A program made the translations under genes and the position numbers. The notes beneath the pieces are model-generated. The model was not told the DNA's origin. It did not search any database and saw nothing but the letters and a program-made list of their open reading frames with translations. Of a stretch of 64,000 nt of DNA, positions 45,499-53,991 are shown in pieces (position 1 is the first letter of the stretch; every line of letters begins with the position of its first letter). Origin of the DNA: Candidatus Kaiserbacteria bacterium (lineage in GTDB: Bacteria; Patescibacteriota; Minisyncoccia; Phycocordibacterales; Phycocordibacteraceae); NCBI GenBank assembly GCA_023264445.1, contig JAHFMN010000001.1:177878-241877 (forward strand). The letters are read 5' to 3'.

Positions 45499-45666
45499 AT
45501 GATGAATGAGGAGGTTGTCAGTAACTTCTTGGAGCCGCTTAGGCAGATAGTCAGGAAAGCGGCAACGCCCGATCAGCAAACGCCGGCGAATGATGGTCAG
45601 GACCGACACATCACATTCGACTGGGCGAGAATCATGGAAGAGGAGAAGGTTCCGGTCCGACCCTGA
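45499..45666 (+). CDS. orphan 55-aa small protein (hypothetical)
   Basis: MMNEEVVSNFLEPLRQIVRKAATPDQQTPANDGQDRHITFDWARIMEEEKVPVRP. GAGGGA 2-5 nt upstream of the ATG pair. A strong terminator lies right after it. Not in the ORF track. Confidence 0.3.
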   Translation: MMNEEVVSNFLEPLRQIVRKAATPDQQTPANDGQDRHITFDWARIMEEEKVPVRP

Positions 45667-45682
45667 ATCTCGCGAGCAGTGC

Positions 45683-45716
45683 CACACGCATCCTTCGGGG
45701 TGCGTGTCCTTTTTTA
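45683..45716 (+). terminator. rho-independent terminator
   Basis: cacgcatcc-ttcg-gggtgcgtg + tcctttttt. Confidence 0.6.
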
Positions 45717-45762
45717 TCCTCGTGTTTCAAGAGAAGTTGTGTCGTGGTATAGTCCCGAGAAC

Positions 45763-45838
45763 GCGCGGTTAGCTCAGTTGGTAGAGCGCTACATTGACGT
45801 TGTAGATGTCGGGGGTTCGAATCCCTCACCGCGCACCA
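45763..45838 (+). tRNA. tRNA-Val (anticodon GAC), CCA encoded
   Basis: GCGCGGTTAGCTCAGTTGGTAGAGCG-CTACA-TTGACGT-TGTAG-...-GGGGG-TTCGAAT-CCCTC-ACCGCGC-A-CCA. Confidence 0.85.
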
Positions 45839-46641
45839 TGCGACCAAAACGGCATTCAAAACACGCCCCAAGGCGTACTTCAGAACATAGGAAAGCTTCC
45901 CAAGGGAAGGTCTATATCTACGGCAAGCACGCGCTTCTGGAAGCGCTCCAGAATGCCCCGCAGGTCATCCGGAAGGTTTTTCTTGCCCCTGACTTGCGGG
46001 ACACGGAGCTGCGCGTGCTCCTGACGAAACACGACATTCCTACTACCTCGCTTACCTCGGGCTCTGGCAAGGTGCTGGTCGGCAGGGACGCTGTGCATCA
46101 AGGAGTCATCGCCCTCATGGATCCCGCTGCCCTTCTCATATCGCTTGATGATTTCCTAGCGACGCTGCACACCAAGGCGAACCCGGCGCTTGCCGTTCTT
46201 GGCGAAGTGCAGGATCCGCATAACGTCGGTGCCATTATTCGCTCCGCCGCCGCTTTCGGTCTCTCGGGCGTCCTCATTCCTGAGCACAATCAGGCGGGCA
46301 TTACCGGAGCGGTTGTGAAGGCGTCTGCGGGAATGGTTTTCCGCGTTCCGCTTGTTTCAATCGGGAACGTGAACCAGACGCTCCACGTGCTGAAGGAAAA
46401 GGGATTCTGGATTTACGGCCTTGCCATGAAGGGGTCGGTCTCGCTCGGAACTGATGTATTTGATGCTCCCACTGCTTTTGTCGTCGGGAACGAGGGGGCC
46501 GGCATTCGAGAAAAGACACTTCAGGTATGCGATGCAACGCTTTCCATTCCCATGCATAAGCGAACCGAATCGCTGAATGCCGCCGTCTCCGCCGCAGTCG
46601 TTTTTTATGAATGGTCAAAGAAGCACCCGGAGGCGTTATGA
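45838..46641 (+). CDS. rlmB: SpoU/TrmH-family rRNA/tRNA 2'-O-methyltransferase (RlmB-like)
   Basis: 267 aa from MRPKRHSK...KVYIYGKHALLEAL. The ATG shares its A with the terminal A of the tRNA-Val CCA. SPOUT motifs VLGEVQDPHNVGAIIRSA, VVGNEGAGI, SLNAAVSAAV. Confidence 0.75.
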   Translation: MRPKRHSKHAPRRTSEHRKASQGKVYIYGKHALLEALQNAPQVIRKVFLAPDLRDTELRVLLTKHDIPTTSLTSGSGKVLVGRDAVHQGVIALMDPAALLISLDDFLATLHTKANPALAVLGEVQDPHNVGAIIRSAAAFGLSGVLIPEHNQAGITGAVVKASAGMVFRVPLVSIGNVNQTLHVLKEKGFWIYGLAMKGSVSLGTDVFDAPTAFVVGNEGAGIREKTLQVCDATLSIPMHKRTESLNAAVSAAVVFYEWSKKHPEAL

Positions 46642-46678
46642 AAATTGCGGCTTATCTGATTGGAGGTAGACTGTTTAT

Positions 46679-47530
46679 ATGAACAGGAAGGAGATAGTCG
46701 TCCTCTATCACAAGAATTGTCCCGATGGTTTCGGCGCCGCTTACGCGGCGTGGAAGCGGTATGGCGACATGGCCGAATACATCCCCGTCGGCTACGGAGA
46801 TTCCGTTCTTGAAAACGTCGATGGGCGTGAGGTCTTCTTGCTCGATTTCTGCTATGAGCTCCCGGGTGAGCTTGAACGGCTCAAGCAGATAACGAAACGA
46901 TTCGTCGTTCTCGACCACCACGAAAGCGCCCGTACGCGGGTCGAGGGCATACCGGAGCACGTGTTCGACGAGAAACATTCTGGTGCAACTATCGCATGGA
47001 GCTACTTCCACCCCGACACGCCGATTCCTCGTCTTCTCCAGCATCTTGAGGATGGCGATCTGTATCGATACGAGCTTCCGGACACGCGCGATGTGTTCTC
47101 GTATCTTGAGGTTCAGCCATATGATTTCAAAGTATGGGACCAGATTGTTCACGCACTTGACTCGGAAATATCGCGCAAACGACTCCTTAAAAAAGCATCC
47201 GAATATACGGAGTATTTTGAAGCACTCGCACAACTCTCGGTTGATGCGGCCAAGAAAGTGCGCTTTGAAGGATACGAATGCTATTTTGCCACGACGCTCC
47301 CCTCTATCACCATGCGTTCCTACGTGGCGCATGAACTGTATGCGAAACTGCCACCTATTGCGCTTGTCGTGACCGCGCATCCAGACGGTTTTGGCGTATC
47401 CATACGAGCCGACGAAACGGTAGACGTCTCAAAAATAGCGGAGAAATACCATGGTGGCGGGCACCCGGGCTCCGCCGGTTTCTTTATTCGAAATGGCACA
47501 GAGATGCCATGGATTGAGATCGAAGAATGA
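46679..47530 (+). CDS. DHH/DHHA1-family phosphoesterase (NrnA-like oligoribonuclease/pAp phosphatase)
   Basis: 283 aa. HKNCPDGFGAA, VLDHH, GGGHPGSAG. Confidence 0.8.
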   Translation: MNRKEIVVLYHKNCPDGFGAAYAAWKRYGDMAEYIPVGYGDSVLENVDGREVFLLDFCYELPGELERLKQITKRFVVLDHHESARTRVEGIPEHVFDEKHSGATIAWSYFHPDTPIPRLLQHLEDGDLYRYELPDTRDVFSYLEVQPYDFKVWDQIVHALDSEISRKRLLKKASEYTEYFEALAQLSVDAAKKVRFEGYECYFATTLPSITMRSYVAHELYAKLPPIALVVTAHPDGFGVSIRADETVDVSKIAEKYHGGGHPGSAGFFIRNGTEMPWIEIEE

Positions 47531-48726
47531 GAATTCTTTCTATCGAGACCTCCTGCGACGAGACGGCCATAGCCATTGTCGAAGCAGAAGGTGATGAACA
47601 GCATGCCGAGTTTACCGTACTCGGGAATGCGCTTCTCTCGCAGATAGACATACATAAGGAATACGGCGGTGTCTTCCCTGCTCTTGCAAAACGCGAGCAC
47701 GCGAAGAATCTCGTGCCGATTCTTGAAGCAGCGCTCGAAGAGGCGGAACTTCTGCACGAAGATATGCAGGTAATTCCGGAAGAGATGCGTTCGGCCATTG
47801 CGAAGATTCTTGAGCGTGAACCCGGGCTCGAGGAGCAATTCTTTGCATTTGTTTCTGAATGCGAACCGCCCGCCATTGACGCAATAGCCGTCACAGCGGG
47901 TCCCGGGCTTGAGCCGGCGCTCTGGGTCGGGATTAATTTTGCAAAAGCGCTTGGACTCCTCTGGGATACGCCTCTCGTGGCGATCAATCACATGGAGGGT
48001 CACATCCTTTCTGCTCTCGCTTCAGAAAGGTCCGACCTTAATGCACGTTTCCAAGGTCGAACCTTGGAAATTAAAGATGCACAGTTGCCCGTGCTTGCGC
48101 TCCTCATCTCGGGTGGACACACCGAGCTCGTGCTGATGCAGGAGTGGCTGCAGTACGAAATCATCGGTCAGACGCGGGACGACGCCGTGGGAGAGGCATT
48201 CGATAAGGTCGCGCGCATGCTTAATCTGCCCTATCCGGGCGGTCCCGAAGTCTCGCGTCTCGCTGAAACAGTGCGCACCGAAGGGCGCACGCACGACATC
48301 ACGCTTCCGCGGCCAATGCTGCATGATGCGACGTGCGACTTCTCGTTTGCAGGGCTCAAGACCGCAGTTCTATATATGCTCAAAGCGAAAACGGATATCA
48401 CCGCGAAGGAAAAAGAACACATCGCACACGAGTTTGAAAATGCCGTCGCTGATGTGTTGTGGAAGAAAACATCGCGCGCGCTTACTGAAACAAACGCACG
48501 TACGCTCGTCATCGGCGGCGGCGTTTCCGCTAATACGCACATCCGCCGCACGTTCGCAGAGAAAATGAGCCAAGAATATCCAAGCGTCGCGCTTCATATC
48601 CCTGCAGCTTCCCTCACGACCGACAACGCCATCATGATTGCGCTTGCCGGTTTTTATCGTGCGCGACGTGAAGACGTGGCGAAAGATATCTTGGCAAGTG
48701 GCAACCTCTCGCTTGCATCAAAATAA
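47527..48726 (+). CDS. tsaD: tRNA N6-adenosine threonylcarbamoyltransferase
   Basis: 399 aa. MRILSIETSCDETAIAIV, HMEGH, and GGVSAN motifs of the Kae1/TsaD family. Confidence 0.9.
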   Translation: MRILSIETSCDETAIAIVEAEGDEQHAEFTVLGNALLSQIDIHKEYGGVFPALAKREHAKNLVPILEAALEEAELLHEDMQVIPEEMRSAIAKILEREPGLEEQFFAFVSECEPPAIDAIAVTAGPGLEPALWVGINFAKALGLLWDTPLVAINHMEGHILSALASERSDLNARFQGRTLEIKDAQLPVLALLISGGHTELVLMQEWLQYEIIGQTRDDAVGEAFDKVARMLNLPYPGGPEVSRLAETVRTEGRTHDITLPRPMLHDATCDFSFAGLKTAVLYMLKAKTDITAKEKEHIAHEFENAVADVLWKKTSRALTETNARTLVIGGGVSANTHIRRTFAEKMSQEYPSVALHIPAASLTTDNAIMIALAGFYRARREDVAKDILASGNLSLASK

Positions 48727-48764
48727 TGACCGGCAGGGAATCCCTGCCGGTTACATCGAAGCCG

Positions 48765-48986
48765 TCACCGCTGAAGATCGCAGATGACGCTGTGAAGATC
48801 GCCATTTGGCGGGCGGATGAAAACTTCGCATTGCAGGCCTTTGTGCACCACCCAGACGAGCGGCTCGGGAGAAAACTGCCCCATCACATTCCGTCTTGCC
48901 TCGACGGTGGTACGGCTCTTTCCCGCCGCATCTTTGATGATGCGCTCCAGTTCTGCTGCGCTTACTGCATTCGAATCCTTCGCCAT
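48765..48986 (-). CDS. hypothetical small protein
   Basis: 73 aa from MAKDSNAV with strong SD aaGAGGAGGgaatgacATG. Divergent from valS. Confidence 0.45.
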   Translation of the reverse strand: MAKDSNAVSAAELERIIKDAAGKSRTTVEARRNVMGQFSPEPLVWVVHKGLQCEVFIRPPNGDLHSVICDLQR

Positions 48987-49055
48987 GTCATTCCCTCCTC
49001 TTAGGCCGGAAGTACCCGATACCACTATGCCTTAATTCGGCCAATCGTTCAAGGA

Positions 49056-51239
49056 ATGCTATATTTTGAGTCAATGGACGAGAAATTCCTGAAGCCGTAC
49101 GACCCGGCAGCAACCGAGTCGCGCATCTACAAAGAGTGGGAGAAAAGCGGGCTTTTCAACCCAGATGAGTGCGTGAAGCAGGGGGCCACAGAAGCAACCG
49201 CGCCAGCGTATTCCATCGTTCTCCCGCCACCAAACGTCACTGGGCGGCTCCATATGGGCCATGCACTTATGCTTGCGATCGAGGACGTGTTTATCCGTTT
49301 CAAGCGCATGCGGGGCTTTCGCACACTCTGGGTTCCCGGTACCGATCATGCCGCTATCGCGACGCAGTCAGTCGTGGAGAAGCAGATAAAGAAAGAGGAG
49401 GATAAAAGCCGTCACGATCTCGGGCGCGAAGAATTGCTGAAGCGTATTGAAACGTTTGCTGCCGAAAGCCACGATACCATCGTGGGCCAACTGAAGACGA
49501 TGGGGGCCTCGCTTGATTGGTCGCGCGAGGCATTCACACTTGATGAGACCCGCACTCGCGCGGTACGCGCGGTGTTCAAGCAGATGTATGATGCGGGACT
49601 CATTTACCGAGGACTCCGCATTGTAAACTGGGACCCGAAAGGCCAGACGACTATCTCGGACGATGAAATCGTATATGAGGAACGGGCCGGAAAGCTTTAC
49701 ACATTCCGTTATGCGAAGGACTTCCCTATCCCTATCGCTACGACCCGCCCTGAAACAAAGGTGGGCGACGTCGGCATCGCCGTCCATCCGGACGACGTTC
49801 GTTATCAGTCCTTTGTCGGAAAAGAATATGATGTCGTCTTTTGCGACGTACCTATCCATATAACGGTAGTAGCTGATACAGCGGTCGATCCTGCCTTCGG
49901 CACCGGCGCAGTTGGACTCACCCCCGCTCATAGCCAGACCGACTGGGATATCGCCGATCGGCATGAGCTCTCGCACGAGGTTATCGTCATAAATGAGATT
50001 GCCAAGATGACTGTCCCCGGTCGACTCAACGGGAAGAAGGTCGCGGAGGCGCGCGAATTGGTCGTGCAATGGCTCAAAGATGAGGGCCTTCTTGAAAAAG
50101 AAGAGGATACCGTACAAAACATCGCGACGGCAGAGCGCACGGGAGGCGTGGTAGAACCTTTGCCAAAATTGCAGTGGTGGGTTGATGTAAACAAAGAAGT
50201 TCCTGGTCGTGGGAAAACGCTCAAGGAGCTCATGCTAGAACCCGTACGTTCCGGGGCTATCAAGATTATTCCCGAGCATTTTGAGAAAACATACTTCCAT
50301 TGGATAGAGAATCTGCGCGACTGGTGCATCAGCCGACAGATCTGGTATGGACACCGCATCCCCGTATGGTATCGAGACGAGGAGGTGCAGATCGGCATCG
50401 AACCAAAGGAAAGCGGGTGGGTGCAGGATGAAGATACGCTTGATACGTGGTTTTCTTCGGGTCTTTGGACCTTCTCCACGCTTGGCTGGCCGGAACAAAC
50501 AGATGATCTCACCACATATCATCCGACCGACCTTCTTGAGACGGGGTACGAAATACTTTTTTTCTGGGTCGCACGCATGATTCTCATGACCGAATTCACG
50601 CTGGGTACGATTCCCTTTAAGACCGTGTACTTGCACGGCACCGTTCGTGATGCAAAAGGCCGCAAAATGAGTAAATCACTTGGTAACGGCATTGACCCGA
50701 TCGATATCGCCGCGAGATTCGGCGCGGACGCCGCGCGGATGGCGCTCATCGTCGGCAATACGCCCGGCACCGATATGCGCATCAGCGAAGAGAAGATAAA
50801 GGGCTATAAGCACTTCGCGAACAAGCTCTGGAACGTCGCTCGGTTTATTTTAGAAAATACACAAGGAGCATCTATCGAGGCATCACTGACCCCCAAGGAT
50901 GCACAACTGGCTGCCGATGTTGAAGCGCTCACAAAAGAAATTACTGATGATATTGAAAATTATCGGGTGTATCTGGCCGCTGAAAAAATCTACCACTATG
51001 TGTGGCACGAACTCGCTGATAAAATCCTAGAGGAATCAAAGCCAATTTTTGCGGGAACTGATGGAGGTGCTACACAATCTCGTGCTGCCTTGCTCCTGCT
51101 CCTGCTCACTCGGATTCTGAAACTCCTTCACCCCTTCATGCCCTTCATCACAGAAGAAATCTGGCAATCGATGCCGACCAAAGATTCGGCTTTCCTCATG
51201 GTTGCACGATGGCCGGAGTCGGCTGCCGGTGTGCGATAG
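49056..51239 (+). CDS. valS: valine--tRNA ligase (compact form)
   Basis: 727 aa. PPPNVTGRLHMGHA (HIGH), KMSKSLGN (KMSKS), editing-domain blocks. Shorter than typical ValRS, with no C-terminal coiled coil. Confidence 0.9.
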   Translation: MLYFESMDEKFLKPYDPAATESRIYKEWEKSGLFNPDECVKQGATEATAPAYSIVLPPPNVTGRLHMGHALMLAIEDVFIRFKRMRGFRTLWVPGTDHAAIATQSVVEKQIKKEEDKSRHDLGREELLKRIETFAAESHDTIVGQLKTMGASLDWSREAFTLDETRTRAVRAVFKQMYDAGLIYRGLRIVNWDPKGQTTISDDEIVYEERAGKLYTFRYAKDFPIPIATTRPETKVGDVGIAVHPDDVRYQSFVGKEYDVVFCDVPIHITVVADTAVDPAFGTGAVGLTPAHSQTDWDIADRHELSHEVIVINEIAKMTVPGRLNGKKVAEARELVVQWLKDEGLLEKEEDTVQNIATAERTGGVVEPLPKLQWWVDVNKEVPGRGKTLKELMLEPVRSGAIKIIPEHFEKTYFHWIENLRDWCISRQIWYGHRIPVWYRDEEVQIGIEPKESGWVQDEDTLDTWFSSGLWTFSTLGWPEQTDDLTTYHPTDLLETGYEILFFWVARMILMTEFTLGTIPFKTVYLHGTVRDAKGRKMSKSLGNGIDPIDIAARFGADAARMALIVGNTPGTDMRISEEKIKGYKHFANKLWNVARFILENTQGASIEASLTPKDAQLAADVEALTKEITDDIENYRVYLAAEKIYHYVWHELADKILEESKPIFAGTDGGATQSRAALLLLLLTRILKLLHPFMPFITEEIWQSMPTKDSAFLMVARWPESAAGVR

Positions 51240-51288
51240 TAAGACTTGGCTTAGCGGCCCGGAGCGCTATCGCACACCGGCAGCCGAC
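51218..51288. terminator. 22-bp perfect inverted repeat hairpin enclosing the valS stop codon
   Basis: gtcggctgccggtgtgcgatag (51218-51239) pairs with ctatcgcacaccggcagccgac (51267-51288), leaving a 27-nt loop. A TACAAT box 7 nt before the prsW-like ATG follows. Confidence 0.45.
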
Positions 51289-51314
51289 GAAAGGCCTGCT
51301 ACAATACGAGAGAC

Positions 51315-52025
51315 ATGACGGTCACTACGCTCGGCTACGCATTCTTGGGCGGGCTTCTACCCTCGTTCATCTGGCTCTATTTCCTCCTAAAAGAAGACTC
51401 TCGTTGCCCGGAGCCGCGTACGCTTATCGCGCTTGCCTTCGTCGCTGGGATGCTAGCGGTACCCTGCGCGCTCCCGCTCGAGCAGTATGCGAAGGCACAC
51501 CTGGGAAGCAATACCTCGATTCTGACCGCATGGGCGCTTATTGAGGAATTATTGAAATACGTCATGGCTGCGATATTCATCCTATGGAGACATGCGGTCG
51601 ACGAGGCGCCTGATTATGTCATCTATCTGATTACGGTGGCGCTTGGCTTTGCCGCCGCAGAGAATATGCTCTTTTTGCTTGCGCCGCTCTCAGACGGGCA
51701 CTTCGCGGCAAGCTTCTTCACGGGCGACTTGCGTTTCCTCGGCTCCACGCTACTTCATGTCGTCGCTTCTTCCATAATCGGTTTCTCTCTGGCTTTCTCC
51801 ACAACCTATCATCCTGTCGGACGTGCCGGCGCTGCGGCACTCGGACTTATCCTCGCCATAGCATTGCACACTGCGTTTAACACGCTTATCATACAAGCAG
51901 GTGCTTCGACCGCGCTCGCTGCGTTCTTCCTCGTCTGGATGGTCGCCGTTGTCTTTTTTGCGACATTCGAAGTGCTTAAATATTTCCAGTACCACAATCT
52001 TCCTAATAATTCGCAGTCATTATGA
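51315..52025 (+). CDS. PrsW-family intramembrane metalloprotease
   Basis: 236 aa. EELLKY (EExxK), AAAEN (FxxxE-like), and LHTAFN (HxxxN) motifs within TM helices. Confidence 0.7.
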   Translation: MTVTTLGYAFLGGLLPSFIWLYFLLKEDSRCPEPRTLIALAFVAGMLAVPCALPLEQYAKAHLGSNTSILTAWALIEELLKYVMAAIFILWRHAVDEAPDYVIYLITVALGFAAAENMLFLLAPLSDGHFAASFFTGDLRFLGSTLLHVVASSIIGFSLAFSTTYHPVGRAGAAALGLILAIALHTAFNTLIIQAGASTALAAFFLVWMVAVVFFATFEVLKYFQYHNLPNNSQSL

Positions 52026-52504
52026 ACAAAAAGCCTTCATTCTTTGAACGTCTTTCCGGCAGTGCTTCGGCTAATGATCCTTTCGATTCGTTTGAAGACG
52101 AAACGCCAGCCTCCTCTTCGACTGCACGCAAGGAATCGCGGCCAGCGCCGCTCGAGGATGATGCTCCAGGAAGCGAGGGTCAGCTCCCTATCGATGTACA
52201 TCAGACTGCAAATGAAATCATCATTCGCGCCTTCGTCGCAGGTGTCCGACCTGATGAACTCAATATTTCCATAAGCCGCGACCGAGTTGAGCTCGAGGGC
52301 TCGCGCATGGAGCGCGAGCAAGTCTCCGGTCCTGATTATTTCACTCGTGAACTATTCTGGGGTTCGTTTTCGCGCGCGGTCATGCTCCCGCAAGAAGTAG
52401 ACGTCGAGGGTTCCTCCGCAAACGCTAAGGATGGCCTTCTGACCATCATCCTCCCAAAACTCGATAAAGCAAAACAGACCAAACTGCGCGTAAAGTCAGG
52501 ATAA
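52022..52504 (+). CDS. Hsp20/alpha-crystallin family small heat-shock protein
   Basis: 160 aa. Alpha-crystallin domain with GLLTIILPK. Confidence 0.85.
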   Translation: MNKKPSFFERLSGSASANDPFDSFEDETPASSSTARKESRPAPLEDDAPGSEGQLPIDVHQTANEIIIRAFVAGVRPDELNISISRDRVELEGSRMEREQVSGPDYFTRELFWGSFSRAVMLPQEVDVEGSSANAKDGLLTIILPKLDKAKQTKLRVKSG

Positions 52505-52515
52505 ATGCGGAGGAA

Positions 52516-53601
52516 TTATTTGAGCGTAACGGTCGTTTGAAGCGGCCGTTCTGTTTGTATGACAACCGTGAAAGATAATCGCTCGATGACACGTCCGTCA
52601 ACGGTCTCGACATCCACCCGCCACTTCCCCGCCTCGGTTATCGGAAGCGAGGAATAGCCACGATATCCGTTGTCGCGACCCCCGGCGATTGAGTAGGCAA
52701 TTGATGCCTTGATTATCCACTGCTTCTTGACCTCATCATATCGCTGCCAGCGATGCACGATATCCGTTCGAAGCGTCGTCGGTGCGAAGACAGAACTGTA
52801 GGCGGAAAGCGAATCCCCAAGGAAAAGATGCATGGTCGGCGAGAAACCTAGGTACCGGACCTGCCAGGGCTCTGGTTCGCTCGTTGCAAGATACGCGCCC
52901 GGGACCCGCCACACCGAGTGGTAAATGCCGGCCGCCGAGGAAGAGAGTGGCAAAGGTGGTAGGAGGTTGGTGAAGTAGAAGAGGTTGATAAGGACTAGTA
53001 CGACGCATGCGCCCACGCGAACCCGCCAGACATCAGCAAGGAAACGATCACGCGCGAGTCTTCGGAGTAAGGCGGTGAAGATCGCAAACACGACGACTGC
53101 GAGCACGCCGCTCTCGAGAAACGTCAATGTCCCTATGGTACCGGTATATATCGGCACAGTAAAAATCGCATAGGAGTAGAGTGCGAAGAAGAAAAGGACG
53201 CTCGTAAACACGAGCCGGGCGTGATATTGGTGAAAGTATTCGCTTCCGAGGAATACGAGGAAAAGGAAGAGAAGAAAGGGCCATGAGGCACCGAGGACCG
53301 CGGAACGCCCATAGAAAATAACAAAGCCGCTCCAGAATCCGCCAAGCGCAAACTGGACCGCGATGGGGAGCAGGAGACGCAGACGAGAAAGTATAAGGCC
53401 CGGATCTGGACGCGATTCTATCCAATGCAGAACCGGAATCGAGATGAAGCACACGGCAGCATACGCAGCGAAGAGTACTTGCGTCTGCCAGAGATCGACA
53501 CGCACGAAGACCAGATTATCGACAATGAATCCGGCAACCATCGCGCCCCCGGAGAGATGCCGCTCGTACTGCCGTATCCATGCAAAGAGTCCTTGAAACA
53601 T
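52516..53601 (-). CDS. polytopic membrane protein with C-terminal soluble domain (hypothetical)
   Basis: 361 aa with about 8 TM helices. The start codon is 3 nt from tRNA-Phe. Confidence 0.55.
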   Translation of the reverse strand: MFQGLFAWIRQYERHLSGGAMVAGFIVDNLVFVRVDLWQTQVLFAAYAAVCFISIPVLHWIESRPDPGLILSRLRLLLPIAVQFALGGFWSGFVIFYGRSAVLGASWPFLLFLFLVFLGSEYFHQYHARLVFTSVLFFFALYSYAIFTVPIYTGTIGTLTFLESGVLAVVVFAIFTALLRRLARDRFLADVWRVRVGACVVLVLINLFYFTNLLPPLPLSSSAAGIYHSVWRVPGAYLATSEPEPWQVRYLGFSPTMHLFLGDSLSAYSSVFAPTTLRTDIVHRWQRYDEVKKQWIIKASIAYSIAGGRDNGYRGYSSLPITEAGKWRVDVETVDGRVIERLSFTVVIQTERPLQTTVTLK

Positions 53602-53604
53602 GGT

Positions 53605-53677
53605 GTGCTTGGACCCGGGCTCGAACCGGGGACCCCTTCCTCTTCAGGGAAGTGCTCTACCAACTGAGCTATCCAAG
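53605..53677 (-). tRNA. tRNA-Phe (anticodon GAA)
   Basis: Minus strand GCTTGGATAGCTCAGTTGGTAGAGCA-CTTCC-CTGAAGA-GGAAG-GGGTC-CCCGG-TTCGAGC-CCGGG-TCCAAGC-A. Confidence 0.85.
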
Positions 53678-53691
53678 CGCTCTAAAGCGGC

Positions 53692-53976
53692 TTATTGACC
53701 GCCTTTATAGGAGTTTATCAGCTTTTGTAATTCAGCGTAAGTCGGGAAACCGAAGGGACCAGAATTCTGTATCCCGATAGTGGAAGAGAATTGCGAGACG
53801 AACGGCTGCAGGTATTGCTGATAGAGATAGAGCGGCAGAGCGAGCACGATGATCCAAACGACGACTCTCCCCACAAAACCGAGCCACTGATCACGGCGGA
53901 TGGCACGGAGCATCTGATGGTTGTCTTTTGTCAGTACGCGGAGCTCCTCAAGCGTCCGTTTCAGTTCAGGATCCAT
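53692..53976 (-). CDS. hypothetical small membrane protein
   Basis: 94 aa. One TM helix. Sits between the giant repeat protein and tRNA-Phe. Confidence 0.4.
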   Translation of the reverse strand: MDPELKRTLEELRVLTKDNHQMLRAIRRDQWLGFVGRVVVWIIVLALPLYLYQQYLQPFVSQFSSTIGIQNSGPFGFPTYAELQKLINSYKGGQ

Positions 53977-53991
53977 ATGATATGAGCAGCA

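Noticed and set aside
46652-48003. Minus-strand ORFs of 242 and 227 aa
   Set aside because: Antisense to the DHH phosphoesterase and tsaD genes.
49368-50117. 249-aa minus-strand ORF
   Set aside because: Antisense to valS.
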